Shown: positions 51,580 through 61,710, counted from the first letter of the stretch. The stretch: DNA of 64,000 nucleotides from an uncultured delta proteobacterium (GCA_963716725.1 CAVQUB010000034.1:32001-96000), one strand, 5' to 3'. Made by a program: numbers and translations. Notes: generated by a model not told the origin, from the letters alone.

Positions 51580-51999
51580 ATGCGGGCGCGCGCTATGGCG
51601 TTTGGGCTGGGGTTGGCTGTCTTGGGCTGCGGTGATCCGGAGGCTCGCAAGGTCACCGACCGCTTTCTGGAGGCGCTGAAGCGCTCCGACTACCCGGCGG
51701 CGTACGCCGAGCTGCACAGTGAAGCCCGCACCCTCGTGCCGAACGACCAGGTGCTGAAGACCATGGTCGAGAAGAAGGGGAGCGTGATCACTGGCTGGAG
51801 CCGGAACTGCAGCTCCAGTGGCAAGGGAGTCGATCGCGGCGGCTACAACTTCTCCGCGAACGACCGGAGCATGTTTCAGGAGCGCGAGCGGGTCACGGTG
51901 GGCGTGGAGCCGAAGATCGTCGGCAAGTGCACCGGTCCCCTCTTGATCGAGCTGCACCAAGAAGGCGGCGCCTGGAAGATTCGCTCGTTTCGCTACTGA
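51580..51999 (+). CDS. Small lipoprotein (NTF2-like)
   Basis: LAVLGC lipobox; FLEALKRSDYPAAY...EGGAWKI pattern. Confidence 0.65.
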   Translation: MRARAMAFGLGLAVLGCGDPEARKVTDRFLEALKRSDYPAAYAELHSEARTLVPNDQVLKTMVEKKGSVITGWSRNCSSSGKGVDRGGYNFSANDRSMFQERERVTVGVEPKIVGKCTGPLLIELHQEGGAWKIRSFRY

Positions 52000-52032
52000 G
52001 TCCGTCGTCACCACAAGCCGAAGCAGGTGCAC

Positions 52033-52659
52033 ATGTCCATCATTCTTCATCACCACCCCTTCTCCCGCGCGGCGACCGTCGTCTGGATGCTCGAAGAGGT
52101 CGGCGTCCCGTACGAACTGAGCCACGTCGACATCCTCAAAGGCGAGCAGAAGACGCCGAAGGTCGTCGCGCTGAACCCGATGGGCAAGCTGCCCACGCTC
52201 ACCGACGACGGCGTCGTGGTCACCGAAGCTGCCGCCATCGGGCTGTATCTGGCCGACCGGTACGCCTACGGGCGCCTCGCACCCAAGGTCGATGACCCGG
52301 CGCGGGGCACCTATCTGCGCTGGTCGCTGTTCGCGCCCTCGGTCGTGGAACCGGGCGCGATGGCGAAACTATCGGGGTGGGCTTTCAAAGAGGGTCAAGC
52401 CGGCTGGGGCTCGTACGATTCGATGCTGACCGCCATGGAGAGCGCCATCTCCGGGGGTCCCTTCATCCTGGGCGACACGTTCTCGATGGCGGACGTGATC
52501 TTCGGCGGGACGCTCCGTTACATGCTCGAATTCAAGATGGTCGAGCCACGACCGTCCTTCAGCACCTACGCGGAGCGCCTGGGCGCGCGACCCGCGCTCG
52601 CGCGTGCGGAAGCGAAGAACGCCGCCAGCCGGGCGCAGCACGGGCTCGAACGGGGGTAG
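52033..52659 (+). CDS. Glutathione S-transferase family protein
   Basis: LNPMGKLP, TEAAAI, FILGDTFSMADV. Confidence 0.92.
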   Translation: MSIILHHHPFSRAATVVWMLEEVGVPYELSHVDILKGEQKTPKVVALNPMGKLPTLTDDGVVVTEAAAIGLYLADRYAYGRLAPKVDDPARGTYLRWSLFAPSVVEPGAMAKLSGWAFKEGQAGWGSYDSMLTAMESAISGGPFILGDTFSMADVIFGGTLRYMLEFKMVEPRPSFSTYAERLGARPALARAEAKNAASRAQHGLERG

Positions 52660-52726
52660 CCGAGCGGAGCCGAGCCGGCAGTTGCGTGATGGGCTTGCTG
52701 CAAGGCTTTCGCCAAGGGGGCAGGCA

Positions 52727-53210
52727 TTGATCATCGCAGGCACTCGAAGCACCTGGCGTCGCCCACGTCGCGACGCAGTTCTTCCATATCTGGTTCTTCC
52801 CGCTGCTCCCAGTTCGCACCCTGGTGGTGGACGAGAGTGGCGGCGGGGACCGCGGCATTCCGACCGCGCTGTCGTGGAAGAGCGTGTTCGTGGGCTACTT
52901 CCGGGGCTGGGCGCTGAGGGGCGGGATCTGTCTCATGTTGCTTGCTGGCTACTGTGCCTACGAAGTCTTCGACCAAGGCGTGTTCGCGCAGCGCGAGGTG
53001 AGCGCGTCGTACAACGCGAACGGCGTGCGCGTCGCGCGTTACGAGGACGACGGCCCGCGCCTCGAGGCCCGTAGGTCCTACAAGCACCCCGTCGATGTTG
53101 GCGACCGGCGAGGCGGCGAGGCGGTAGGGCACCGAGAGGCGACGCGCTTCGTGGTCCCCGAAGGGGGACACAGGGCCTTGGTGCGCGACAGCTCCGCTTG
53201 TCCGCGCAGC
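52727..53210 (+). pseudogene. Membrane protein fragment with a frameshift near 52755; C-terminus runs into the IS remnant
   Basis: LIIAGTR then HVATQFFHIWFFPLLP...SWKSVFVGYFR in a different frame. Confidence 0.4.
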
Positions 53211-53214
53211 CGGA

Positions 53215-53629
53215 TGGGGTCTCGTCTCTACGGTGAAGCGCGGGACCTGCGGGGAGCGTACCCGCGACGGAAGCGGCGGCGAGCACGGCGAGCGCGGGCT
53301 CGCTGTCCGCGAGCTTGGCGTCTCGGATGACGGCGTCGTCCTCGAGCACCCCCTTGCGACGCAGCATCGCAACGATGCGGGCCTTTCTGTTCGCGACAGG
53401 CGGGACACGCGAGCACCGCGAAGCCCCGCGCCAGCACGCCGCAGTCGACGAAGCCCTCGAGCTCGTCCTTCACGAATGCGGGCAGAGGCGATGCGAAGCC
53501 CTCCTCCGCCGCGGCGTAGAGCGTGCGCAGGTTGTCCCACTTCTGGGACTTCCAAGGGTCGTCGCGAACGACCTGATGAAGCGCGGTCGCCTCGGGCCGG
53601 CGGCGTGCGTACGCAGGCGTGCCAGACAC
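53215..53629 (-). mobile_element. IS91-like transposase remnant (Zn-binding domain plus internal fragment, large deletion)
   Basis: YARRRPEATALHQVV...LPAFVKDELEGFVDCGVLARGFAVLACPAC, then MLRRKG...AAASVAG..PAGP in another frame. Confidence 0.75.
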
Positions 53630-53929
53630 CCGCCACGCATCCGCAACCGGCGTGCCTGCGAGTGGCCCGCGCGATCACGGCGATTTCGCTGCGCGCTGGG
53701 GTGGCGAAGGGCGCTTTCGCCGGTGGCGATCGCCACCTCGCCACCTTGGCCAGCAAGCCAGCTCACCCAGCGAGCCCGACAGCTCGGGCCAGCACGTCGG
53801 AAACCTTCGCGGGCGGAATGCCCGAGGCCTCGCGGCTCGGGATTGGCGCCGGCATCTCCACCTTGTGCTTGCTGGCTCAGAAGCGTCCGGACGAGCTCGC
53901 GGGAGACGTAATCCGCGGGCTCCACGAGC

Positions 53930-54160
53930 GCGTTGCATCCGGTCCGGGCGGGTCAGCCGGAGCCGCTTCGTTTGGCGCTGGAGCACTGCGAGCTGCTGGC
54001 GCAACGCGACGATCTCGAGCGCGACGGATTGGCGAGATCGGAAGAACGACATGGTCAAGTGGAGCAGCGCAATCGGGACGGCACGCATGGGGTGCCGAGT
54101 CTCAACGTTTGGAGCGAAAGCTCGAGGATCACGCGCGCGACCGGGTTTTCACCAGGCACA
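53930..54160 (-). mobile_element. IS481-like/integrase-core element remnant (5' end only)
   Basis: Terminal TGTGCCTGGTGAAAACCCGG at 54160; ORF RSRQSVALEIVALRQQLAVLQRQTKRLRLTRPDR, then truncated. Confidence 0.65.
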
Positions 54161-54590
54161 CCACCACAAGGCGTCGCTTGCGCTTGGTTCAGGTCAGGAC
54201 ACGGTCGGGTGGCGTCGCGCCCGCCCACTCGAGCCGCAAACCCGCGCGCGCATTTGCCGGCAGCGCAGTCCGCCGCGCACTGCCAGCCCGCGATGCACTC
54301 GTTGCAGTAGTGGCAGGACTCGAAGTTCCCGCTTCCGGAAGTCGAGCTTCGTCACCCGTGGCCCGAGGTGCGCTTTGCGACCCGTTGACCCAAGGCGGGA
54401 GCCCGATGCGGGAAATCCGCTCGCCGGTGCGATCGGCCCACGCGGGCGGGTGAGGTCGAGGTGCAACGAGGCGTGTTCGTGAATTTCGCGTTGCTGAGTC
54501 GAAGATCGCGTGATCACGGCCGGTAGCGGACGATCCGGGCTGCGCGACTAGCCGAACCAAAACGGTTGGGCGAAGCTGGCGGGGCTGAAA

Positions 54591-55280
54591 ATGAAGATCC
54601 CATGCGGCCTGGCGCTCGCCGTGTTCTTCGCGAGCGCGTGCCAAAAGACCACGGGGCCCGAACCCTCGAGCGACCCCACGCGCTCTCCCGCAGAGGTCGC
54701 TCCCGTCGTCACGCCATCAGAGCACACGACGACCCGAGACGCCGCGGCGCCGCCTGACGCGACGTTACCGCCTGAAGCGCCCGACGCGGAGCCGAATGCG
54801 TCTCTGGATCTGGCCCGCGACGCCGCGACGCCCGTTGCAACCCTCGACGCCGCCGCATCCGCGCCAACGTGCATCAAGGTCGCGCGTCCGCCTACGCTGG
54901 ACGTCCGTCTGCGCTTTTCAAACCGCCGCGTACGCTCTGATCCGAGCCTGCCGGAAGTCGACGTCCTGGTCGCAAAGATCACCGCCTCGGGCAGCTTGCT
55001 GAAGCACGAAATCTGGGCAAACGCAGCGCCGACCGCCTGTCATGCCACCGCGGACGCCGACGACATGAGCGTGCGCTGCGTCTCCGCCGATTCGCGACTC
55101 GAGGCGCGCGTGCACGTGGTCGGCAACGAACTCGTGGTTGATTCCGTTACCCTCGCCGGATACGGGTTCACAGCGAACGACGCGGCACCCAAAGCGCCTT
55201 CACCGACTCGGCAGGCCAGCGTCAAGGTTCCGTGCGGCACGCGCTTGCGGGTCCACCCGGCTAGCCGCGGGACCAACTGA
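54591..55280 (+). CDS. Hypothetical lipoprotein
   Basis: FFASAC lipobox, Pro/Ala/Thr linker, beta-rich C-terminus. Confidence 0.65.
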   Translation: MKIPCGLALAVFFASACQKTTGPEPSSDPTRSPAEVAPVVTPSEHTTTRDAAAPPDATLPPEAPDAEPNASLDLARDAATPVATLDAAASAPTCIKVARPPTLDVRLRFSNRRVRSDPSLPEVDVLVAKITASGSLLKHEIWANAAPTACHATADADDMSVRCVSADSRLEARVHVVGNELVVDSVTLAGYGFTANDAAPKAPSPTRQASVKVPCGTRLRVHPASRGTN

Positions 55281-55395
55281 CAGTGAGCTCGGACCCAGAC
55301 TGACGGAACTGGCCCAAGCACCCTCGACTCACATCGCGTCGTCACCCCAGATCTGCAATAGAGGTCGGTTTCCCGTTGTGGCAGGATGCCCTCAC

Positions 55396-56433
55396 ATGGC
55401 TCGTCTTTTCTTGGGTGTGCTGGTGGGAGTGCTGCTGTCAGCGTGCGGTTCGAGCTCCTCGAATGATGGTGGTTCCGGTGGCGGCGGATCCGGTGGCGGT
55501 TCGGGATCCGGTGGCGGTTCGGGATCCGGTGGCGGCGGATCAGGATCCGGCCATGTCGTCTACACGTTCGGGGCTTCCGTCTTCCGCATGGACGCGGCGG
55601 CGGGCGCAACGCCTGTCAACGTGTCGGAGGCCGGCGCGGGTGTAGCCCACAAGAGCGAGCGACGGCTCAACACCAGCCGCAACGGTCAGTTCCTCATCTT
55701 CGAAACGCAGAACGTCGACCCTGCGTGTGACGGCGACGAGTGCCTAGCTGTCGCTCCCGCTTCCGCACCCGCGCAGGCTACGTTGGTGAAGCAAGCCGAC
55801 GCGCCGCTCAAGAACATCGGTGGTCGTGCCGCCATCACCGACGACGGCAACACGGTCGCGTGGGTCGCCAACACCGGCAACCACTCGCTCGACGTCTTCG
55901 CGGCTACGCGCACCGGCACCAACTGGAGCGCAGCGGTCAACGTCACCAGCGCCTCGACCTTCGACTGGAACGACGTCCCCGCGTTCAGCGCCGACGGCAC
56001 CCGGCTGCTCTTCGACTGCGGGCCCGAGGCCTACGCAGGGGCCGGCAATTCCATCTGTGAGGTCTCGACTGGGGGCGGCGCAGTGAAAGTGCTCGTTGCT
56101 CCGAGCGATGCTCCGACCAGCGTCTCATCCAAGGGGCCTTGCCATCACGGCTCCTACGCTGCCGATGGATCCATCGTCTTCGAAGCCGATTGGGACGGCG
56201 AGCGCGTGTGGCGTCGCGTTGGCACCGCAGCGCCGACCCAGGTCGCGGAGCCGGGCAACGACAACTCGCCCTGTGCACTGCCCGACGGTCGCGTCGCGAG
56301 CCTGTGGCTTGGCCGCAGCGGAAACCCCGAGGGATTTCACGAGCTCAAGCTGATGAACGCCGACGGGACGGATCCGGTGATGTTGGTCACCGGCGTCGAT
56401 CTCGACGACATCGGGCTCGGCTGCGGGGATTGA
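55396..56433 (+). CDS. Lipoprotein with Gly/Ser linker and TolB-like beta-propeller
   Basis: LLSAC lipobox, GGSGSG repeats, PAFSADG and MNADG motifs. Confidence 0.75.
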   Translation: MARLFLGVLVGVLLSACGSSSSNDGGSGGGGSGGGSGSGGGSGSGGGGSGSGHVVYTFGASVFRMDAAAGATPVNVSEAGAGVAHKSERRLNTSRNGQFLIFETQNVDPACDGDECLAVAPASAPAQATLVKQADAPLKNIGGRAAITDDGNTVAWVANTGNHSLDVFAATRTGTNWSAAVNVTSASTFDWNDVPAFSADGTRLLFDCGPEAYAGAGNSICEVSTGGGAVKVLVAPSDAPTSVSSKGPCHHGSYAADGSIVFEADWDGERVWRRVGTAAPTQVAEPGNDNSPCALPDGRVASLWLGRSGNPEGFHELKLMNADGTDPVMLVTGVDLDDIGLGCGD

Positions 56434-56480
56434 TCGGACGTTGTGCCTTCGCGAGAGTCCCCAGCCCTGCTGCCTCCCCC

Positions 56481-56870
56481 TCAGCGCTCCACGCGCGTGC
56501 AATGTGGGCGCTTCGACACTTTGGTCTGGTCGCGCGGATCCGTCTCATAGGCGACGCAGCCACCAGCCTCGCAGCGGGCGGGCGCGGTCACTTGGTTCGC
56601 GCACCCGTCCTTGCACTCCTCGAAGTCGGGCCGCTTCTCTGCTCCCGCGTACCACTTGGCGTTGACCGCCCCCCAACGACACGAGTTCGTGCAATCGGCG
56701 TCGGTCGTGCAATCGAAGCGTCGAGGATCACGCCACGTGCTTCCCGTTGTGCTCGCGCGCGGGACCGTCGCAGCGGCCGACGGCGGTGGCGCGGCAGGCT
56801 CCGGCGCCTTGTCCCGGCAACTCGAGGCGATCGCCGAGGTCAACGCAATCGCAACAGTCAGCCGCTTCAT
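56481..56870 (-). CDS. Small Cys-rich lipoprotein
   Basis: MKRLTVAIALTSAIASSC, CTTDADC motif; GAGG RBS. Confidence 0.7.
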   Translation of the reverse strand: MKRLTVAIALTSAIASSCRDKAPEPAAPPPSAAATVPRASTTGSTWRDPRRFDCTTDADCTNSCRWGAVNAKWYAGAEKRPDFEECKDGCANQVTAPARCEAGGCVAYETDPRDQTKVSKRPHCTRVER

Positions 56871-57005
56871 CGCCTCACTCGCTGATACCAGATAGCACCA
56901 CAGATGCCACGCGCCGGAGCGGCACGGTAGACGCGCGCCACACTTTGATCGGCAAAGCGTGGCGTCCGCGCCACACTCGAATGCCGGTTTACGCGTGGGA
57001 CTGCG

Positions 57006-57020
57006 CGGCACGCTCCTTGC
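57006..57020 (+). promoter_or_regulatory. sigma54 (-24/-12) promoter
   Basis: CGGCACGCTCCTTGC: GG-N10-GC, 12 nt upstream of ATG 57033. Confidence 0.65.
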
Positions 57021-57032
57021 GAACGCGCGGAC

Positions 57033-58943
57033 ATGCGCATCTGCTCGAGAGCTGGTCTGTTTGCGATTGTCGCCATGCCTTTGGCATGTGGCGGCAGTGA
57101 TAGCTCCGGTGGCGGCGGCGCAGCAGGCGGCGCTGGGATCGACGGGGGCCTCGGCGGCGGCGGCGGCTCGGGCGGACTCTCGGGCACGGGCGCGAGCGGC
57201 GGCGCAGCGGCGACGGGCGGGACCAGCGGCAGCGGCGCGACGGCGGGCAGCGGTGGAAACGCAGGAGCGTCGGGCGGCGGAGGCGCATCGGGCAGCGGCG
57301 GCACTTCGGGCGGCGGCGGCACTTCGGGCGGCGGTGGCATGGCCGGCAGCGGCGGCGGCACTTCGGGCGGCGGCGGCACTTCGGGCGGCGGCGGCACTTC
57401 GGGCGGCGGCGGCACTTCCGGCGGCGGTGGCATGGCCGGCAGCGGCGGAGGTACCGGATGCAGCGGAGGGTGCATCACTCCGCCCACGCAGTGCCATGCC
57501 AAGACCGGTACTTGCGCCGCGGGCGCCTGCAGCTACCAGTTCATCGAAGGCGCAATCTGCAACGATGGCAACGATTGCACGCAGGGTGATGTATGCGGCG
57601 GGGGCGTGTGCTTGGGCACAGCGAAGTTGTGCAACCAGCCGCCGCCCGCGGTCTGTACCGGACCAAGCACGCTGAAGGTGTTCGAGGCGGGCAGCTGTCA
57701 GTCCGGCCTCTGTGTGTATACGCAGAAGGCGGTGCAGTGCAGCGGCAACTGCGTGAACGGCGCCTGCGCAACGGATCCCTGTACCAGCGTGGTCTGCAAC
57801 TCGCCGCCCACGTCCTGTCACAAAGGCGTCGGCACATGCTCGGCGGGGGCGTGCAGCTACGCCTTCGACGACGGCAAGAGCTGCACCGATGGCAACGCCT
57901 GCTCCGACAATGACACCTGCAACGCGGGCGTCTGCCAGGGAGCGCCCAAGGCCTGCAACACACCGCCGCCGAATAGCTGTAGCGACGCGTCCACCGCAAA
58001 GATCTACGATTCGATCGGTGTCTGCGCCTCGGGCGGCTGTAGCTACCCGGTGAGCTTCGTGAGCTGTGCCAATGGATGCGCGTCTGGGAAATGCACCTCT
58101 CTTGGCTGGGTCAAGATGACTTCCAATACGACCTACGACCTGCTCAGCGTTTGGGGCTCCAGCGCCAACTCGGTCTGGGCCGTGGGCAGTCAGGCTGCGG
58201 TGTACTACGACGGCATCAAGTGGCAGGTGCGGACTCCCGCGGCGGCAACCCTGGTCGACGTGCACGGGACCACTCCCAGCAATGTATTCGCTGTCGAATT
58301 CGATGGGCAGGTGCACAAATTCGACGGTACGAACTGGTCGCCGAAGGTGAAAGTTCCCGGACTGACGGGCGGCTGCATCTTCGTCGATGGTCCGGACAGC
58401 TATTGGGTTGGCGGCCGAGACAACATCTCCGGCAACAACATCGTGTCCGCTTTGTATCGAGTCATCGGCAGCCAGGTCACTTTGGCGGGCGGCACGTTGA
58501 CGTACATGGCTTCCAACTCCAACCGTTGCCAAGTCTGGGCCGCCTCTCCAACCGACGTGTGGCTCTCGACTGGCAAGACACTGCGCTACGACGGCAGCAC
58601 CGTCAGCGAGGTCGGAGCGGCGTCGATCGGTCTGTGGGGAATCGCGCCCAACCCCGTGTTCATGGCGTACAACTCCATGGAGCGCTGGAACGGCACCGGC
58701 CTGCAGGCGTTCCCGCTTGGTCTGAGCGGCATGATCCACGGCTTGCACGGCACTGCCGCGAATCGAGTCTTCGCAGCGCTGGAGAAGAGCAACGGCGATG
58801 GCGCGGTGCTGTTCTTCGACTCCATCGGCTGGACCCAAGAGCCGATCCCCGCCGGCACCGGCAACCTGTTCGATACCTACGCTGCACCCACCGGCGAAGT
58901 CTTCGCGGTGGGCAAAGCCGGCACGATCCTCAAGGGGCCGTGA
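57033..58943 (+). CDS. Secreted lipoprotein: Gly-rich linker, Cys-rich CxDGNxC repeats, C-terminal beta-propeller-like domain
   Basis: PLAC lipobox; SGGGGT repeats; CNDGNDCT/CTDGNACS; VWGSSANSVWAVG-type repeats. Confidence 0.85.
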   Translation: MRICSRAGLFAIVAMPLACGGSDSSGGGGAAGGAGIDGGLGGGGGSGGLSGTGASGGAAATGGTSGSGATAGSGGNAGASGGGGASGSGGTSGGGGTSGGGGMAGSGGGTSGGGGTSGGGGTSGGGGTSGGGGMAGSGGGTGCSGGCITPPTQCHAKTGTCAAGACSYQFIEGAICNDGNDCTQGDVCGGGVCLGTAKLCNQPPPAVCTGPSTLKVFEAGSCQSGLCVYTQKAVQCSGNCVNGACATDPCTSVVCNSPPTSCHKGVGTCSAGACSYAFDDGKSCTDGNACSDNDTCNAGVCQGAPKACNTPPPNSCSDASTAKIYDSIGVCASGGCSYPVSFVSCANGCASGKCTSLGWVKMTSNTTYDLLSVWGSSANSVWAVGSQAAVYYDGIKWQVRTPAAATLVDVHGTTPSNVFAVEFDGQVHKFDGTNWSPKVKVPGLTGGCIFVDGPDSYWVGGRDNISGNNIVSALYRVIGSQVTLAGGTLTYMASNSNRCQVWAASPTDVWLSTGKTLRYDGSTVSEVGAASIGLWGIAPNPVFMAYNSMERWNGTGLQAFPLGLSGMIHGLHGTAANRVFAALEKSNGDGAVLFFDSIGWTQEPIPAGTGNLFDTYAAPTGEVFAVGKAGTILKGP

Positions 58944-59108
58944 GCGGCGCGTCATGCTGCCGTCGACGCCGGCGTGTCAGTTGTCCACCGTCGCAGCTTG
59001 GTTTGGCGACAGTTTCCAACAGGTGAGCGGGGCGCGCTCGCCGCAGGCTTGGACGCACCTGCGGCGTCCGCGCCACAGGCGCGTGGCGCGTTTCTCCGAG
59101 AATTGTGC

Positions 59109-59124
59109 CGGCACGGCAGTTGCT
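59109..59124 (+). promoter_or_regulatory. sigma54 (-24/-12) promoter
   Basis: GGCACGGCAGTTGCT: GG 59110-11, N10, GC 59122-23; GTG at 59138. Confidence 0.65.
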
Positions 59125-59137
59125 CTGCAACGCCGGG

Positions 59138-60619
59138 GTGAGAGATCTGCGACGAGGCGCGGTCGTGTTTGCGCTGGGCTTGGCGGCGTGTAGCTCCGGC
59201 GCGGGCAATGGCGGGGGCGTGGCGACCGGGGGCGGCGGCGGCTTCGGGAATTTCGGTGGGACCGGCGCTGCGGGCGCGGGCGCGGGCACGGGCACGGGCG
59301 GCAGTGGCGCCGTGGGCGCACAAGGCGGCAGCGCGGGGACTGGCGGCGGAACACCGATTTGCGCCCCGGGATTGCCTACGGCGTTTGCGGCAGCGCCCGC
59401 ATCGCTATCGTTGCCTGCCGCGCGCTGCGGCGTGAGCTTTGACGCCCTCGGCAAATCGACCGGCGCGCTGCACTACGCGCTGATGGATCTGGCGGCGGAT
59501 GGCGTTCCGGATCTGGTCGTGCACAAAGACGATTGCGATCCGGATTTGGGCCACGCGCGTTGGGACGTCTATGCGGGATCCGCTAGCGGCATCGCACAGT
59601 CGCCGGCGGCGTATTCGCTGCCAGCAGCGCGCTGCGGCGTCGCATTCGATCGACTGGCGCAGAGCTCCGGTGCGTTAGAATACGCTTTGCTGGACGCAAC
59701 CGGCGACGGCGTCGTGGACTTGGTCGTGCACCAAGACGACTGTGACGCCACGCTGGGCGGAACGCATTGGGACGTGTACGCCGGCAGCGCGTCGGGGTTT
59801 GCTCCCACTCCGGCGCCGCTTTCTCTGCCCGCAGCCCGCTGCGGCGTGGCCTGGGATGAGCTGGGCAGAGCGACCGGGGCGCTGGAGTACTCGCTCATGG
59901 ACTTGAGCGGTGACGGTTTCGCGGACTTGGTCGTGTATCAGGACGACTGCGACGCGGCCATCGGGCAGGCCCGCTGGGACGTGTATGCGGGAAGTGCCGG
60001 CGGGTTTTCGGCATCACCTACTGCTTACACATTGCCAGCAGCGCGCTGCGCGGTGAGCTGGGATAAGCCCGCTCGCAGCACCGGCGCGCTGAAGTACTCG
60101 CTGCTCGATCTGAGCGGCGATAAACGCAGCGACCTGGTCGTGTTGCGGGACGACTGCGACGCACCAGTGGGGCAGAGCCGCTGGGACGTGTATGCCGGAT
60201 CAGCGGCGGGGTTCGCGGCAGCGCCAAGCCCGCACACTTTGCCTGCCATGCGCTGCGCGGCGCCCTGGGACTCCGCGAGCCAGACCTACGGCGCCGTTCA
60301 CTATTCGCTACTCGACGCGAGCTGTGACGGCTACCCCGACTTGATCGTGACTCGGGACGACTGTGACTCCTTGGTCGGGCAGAGCCGCTGGGACGTGTAT
60401 CCGGGCTCGGCCACTGGTCTGGCACAAGCTCCCGCGAACATCACGCTGCCCGCGCCTCGCTGTGGCGCCTCCTTCGACGCGACGGTCAAGTCGAGCGGCG
60501 CGCTGCATTTCGGCGTGTTCGCGTGGTCAGCCACGGACCACCCCTCATTGCTCGTAACCCGCGACAGCTGCGACGCGACCGTGGGCGCCGCGCACTGGGA
60601 CTATTACGCAGCGCAGTGA
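59138..60619 (+). CDS. Lipoprotein with six 69-aa FG-GAP/VCBS-like repeats
   Basis: LAAC lipobox; repeats of LPAARCG...DLSGDG..DLVV..DDCD...WDVYAG with a 207-bp period. Confidence 0.85.
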   Translation: MRDLRRGAVVFALGLAACSSGAGNGGGVATGGGGGFGNFGGTGAAGAGAGTGTGGSGAVGAQGGSAGTGGGTPICAPGLPTAFAAAPASLSLPAARCGVSFDALGKSTGALHYALMDLAADGVPDLVVHKDDCDPDLGHARWDVYAGSASGIAQSPAAYSLPAARCGVAFDRLAQSSGALEYALLDATGDGVVDLVVHQDDCDATLGGTHWDVYAGSASGFAPTPAPLSLPAARCGVAWDELGRATGALEYSLMDLSGDGFADLVVYQDDCDAAIGQARWDVYAGSAGGFSASPTAYTLPAARCAVSWDKPARSTGALKYSLLDLSGDKRSDLVVLRDDCDAPVGQSRWDVYAGSAAGFAAAPSPHTLPAMRCAAPWDSASQTYGAVHYSLLDASCDGYPDLIVTRDDCDSLVGQSRWDVYPGSATGLAQAPANITLPAPRCGASFDATVKSSGALHFGVFAWSATDHPSLLVTRDSCDATVGAAHWDYYAAQ

Positions 60620-60741
60620 TCTTCTGAGTCGGGGCGCCGCGCGTCGGGAGGCAGCGGCGCTTTCTCGGTCCGCCGCGACCCGGAGTGCAGAGCAGATTGT
60701 TCAGAAACCGCTGGAAACGAAGCTTACCAAGAGAGCCCAAT

Positions 60742-61710
60742 ATGCAACCTCGATTCACTGTGTTCTTCGGCGCCGCTTGGCTGCTCTTCGGCTGTAGTTC
60801 AGGCGGCGGTGGCGGCGGCTTTGGGGATGCTGGCGAGACCGGAGGCGGCGGCGGCTTCGGCGGGTCCGGGGGGGTTGGTTCAAGCGGTGGCGGCGGAGTC
60901 GCGGGCGCTGCCGGCGGCGGCGGAGTCGCGGGCGCTGCCGGCGGCGGCGGAGTCGCGGGTGCTGCCGGCGGCGGCGGCGCGGGCGCTACGGGAGGCAACG
61001 GCGGTTCTGGCGCGTGCGGCGCAACGCAGGCCACGTGCCCGAAGGGCTGCGCCGATCTTCAAACGGATCCGAACAACTGCGGCAGTTGCGGCTACGCCTG
61101 TGACGCCATCGCGAACTCGAAAGCCGTCTGCGTGGCTGGGAAGTGTGGGATCGAGTGCAACCCGGGTCGCTCGCTGTGCGGAAACGAATGCCTCGATCTA
61201 CAGAACGACCCGAACAACTGTGGCAGCTGCGACCACTACTGCTCGAAACCGTCCGGCGGCAGCGCGCTGTGTCAAGGCGGCAACTGCGTCAACAGCTGCC
61301 CGACGGGCCAGAGCGCCTGCAACGGCAGCTGCAAGAACCTGAGCACGGACTCCGCCAACTGCGGCAGCTGCGGTAGCGGCTGTACGGCGCCCACGGGCGG
61401 CTCCGTGTCTTGCGCGAGCGGCAAGTGCGCGAGCGCATGCCCCACCGGCAAAACCTTGTGCGGCAGCGCGTGCGTCGACACCCAAGGCGACAACTTCAAC
61501 TGCGGCGGGTGCGGCACCAAGTGCTACAGCAATCGGGCCTGCAGTCTGGGTACGTGCAGCACCACGCAGTGTGCCTACGTTGCTTGCAGCGTGTCCAACA
61601 GCGGCAGTTCCGGAACTCACACGGAGTGCTGTGACGCCGGAAAGAAATGCAACTTCTTTTGGGGAACCGACATCAACGGCAAGCCGGTCAAGCACAACTA
61701 CTGCGGGTGA
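60742..61710 (+). CDS. Cys-rich lipoprotein with DPNNCGSC repeats (Stig1/MXAN_6577-like)
   Basis: LFGC lipobox, 27-bp Gly/Ala repeats, four D..NCG.C units. Confidence 0.85.
   Translation: MQPRFTVFFGAAWLLFGCSSGGGGGGFGDAGETGGGGGFGGSGGVGSSGGGGVAGAAGGGGVAGAAGGGGVAGAAGGGGAGATGGNGGSGACGATQATCPKGCADLQTDPNNCGSCGYACDAIANSKAVCVAGKCGIECNPGRSLCGNECLDLQNDPNNCGSCDHYCSKPSGGSALCQGGNCVNSCPTGQSACNGSCKNLSTDSANCGSCGSGCTAPTGGSVSCASGKCASACPTGKTLCGSACVDTQGDNFNCGGCGTKCYSNRACSLGTCSTTQCAYVACSVSNSGSSGTHTECCDAGKKCNFFWGTDINGKPVKHNYCG

Noticed and set aside
54551..54571. GCCGAAC-N7-GTTGGGC resembling integron attC R''/R' boxes
   Set aside because: Only 21 bp with no L boxes, no similar sites after neighbouring ORFs, and no integron integrase in the window.
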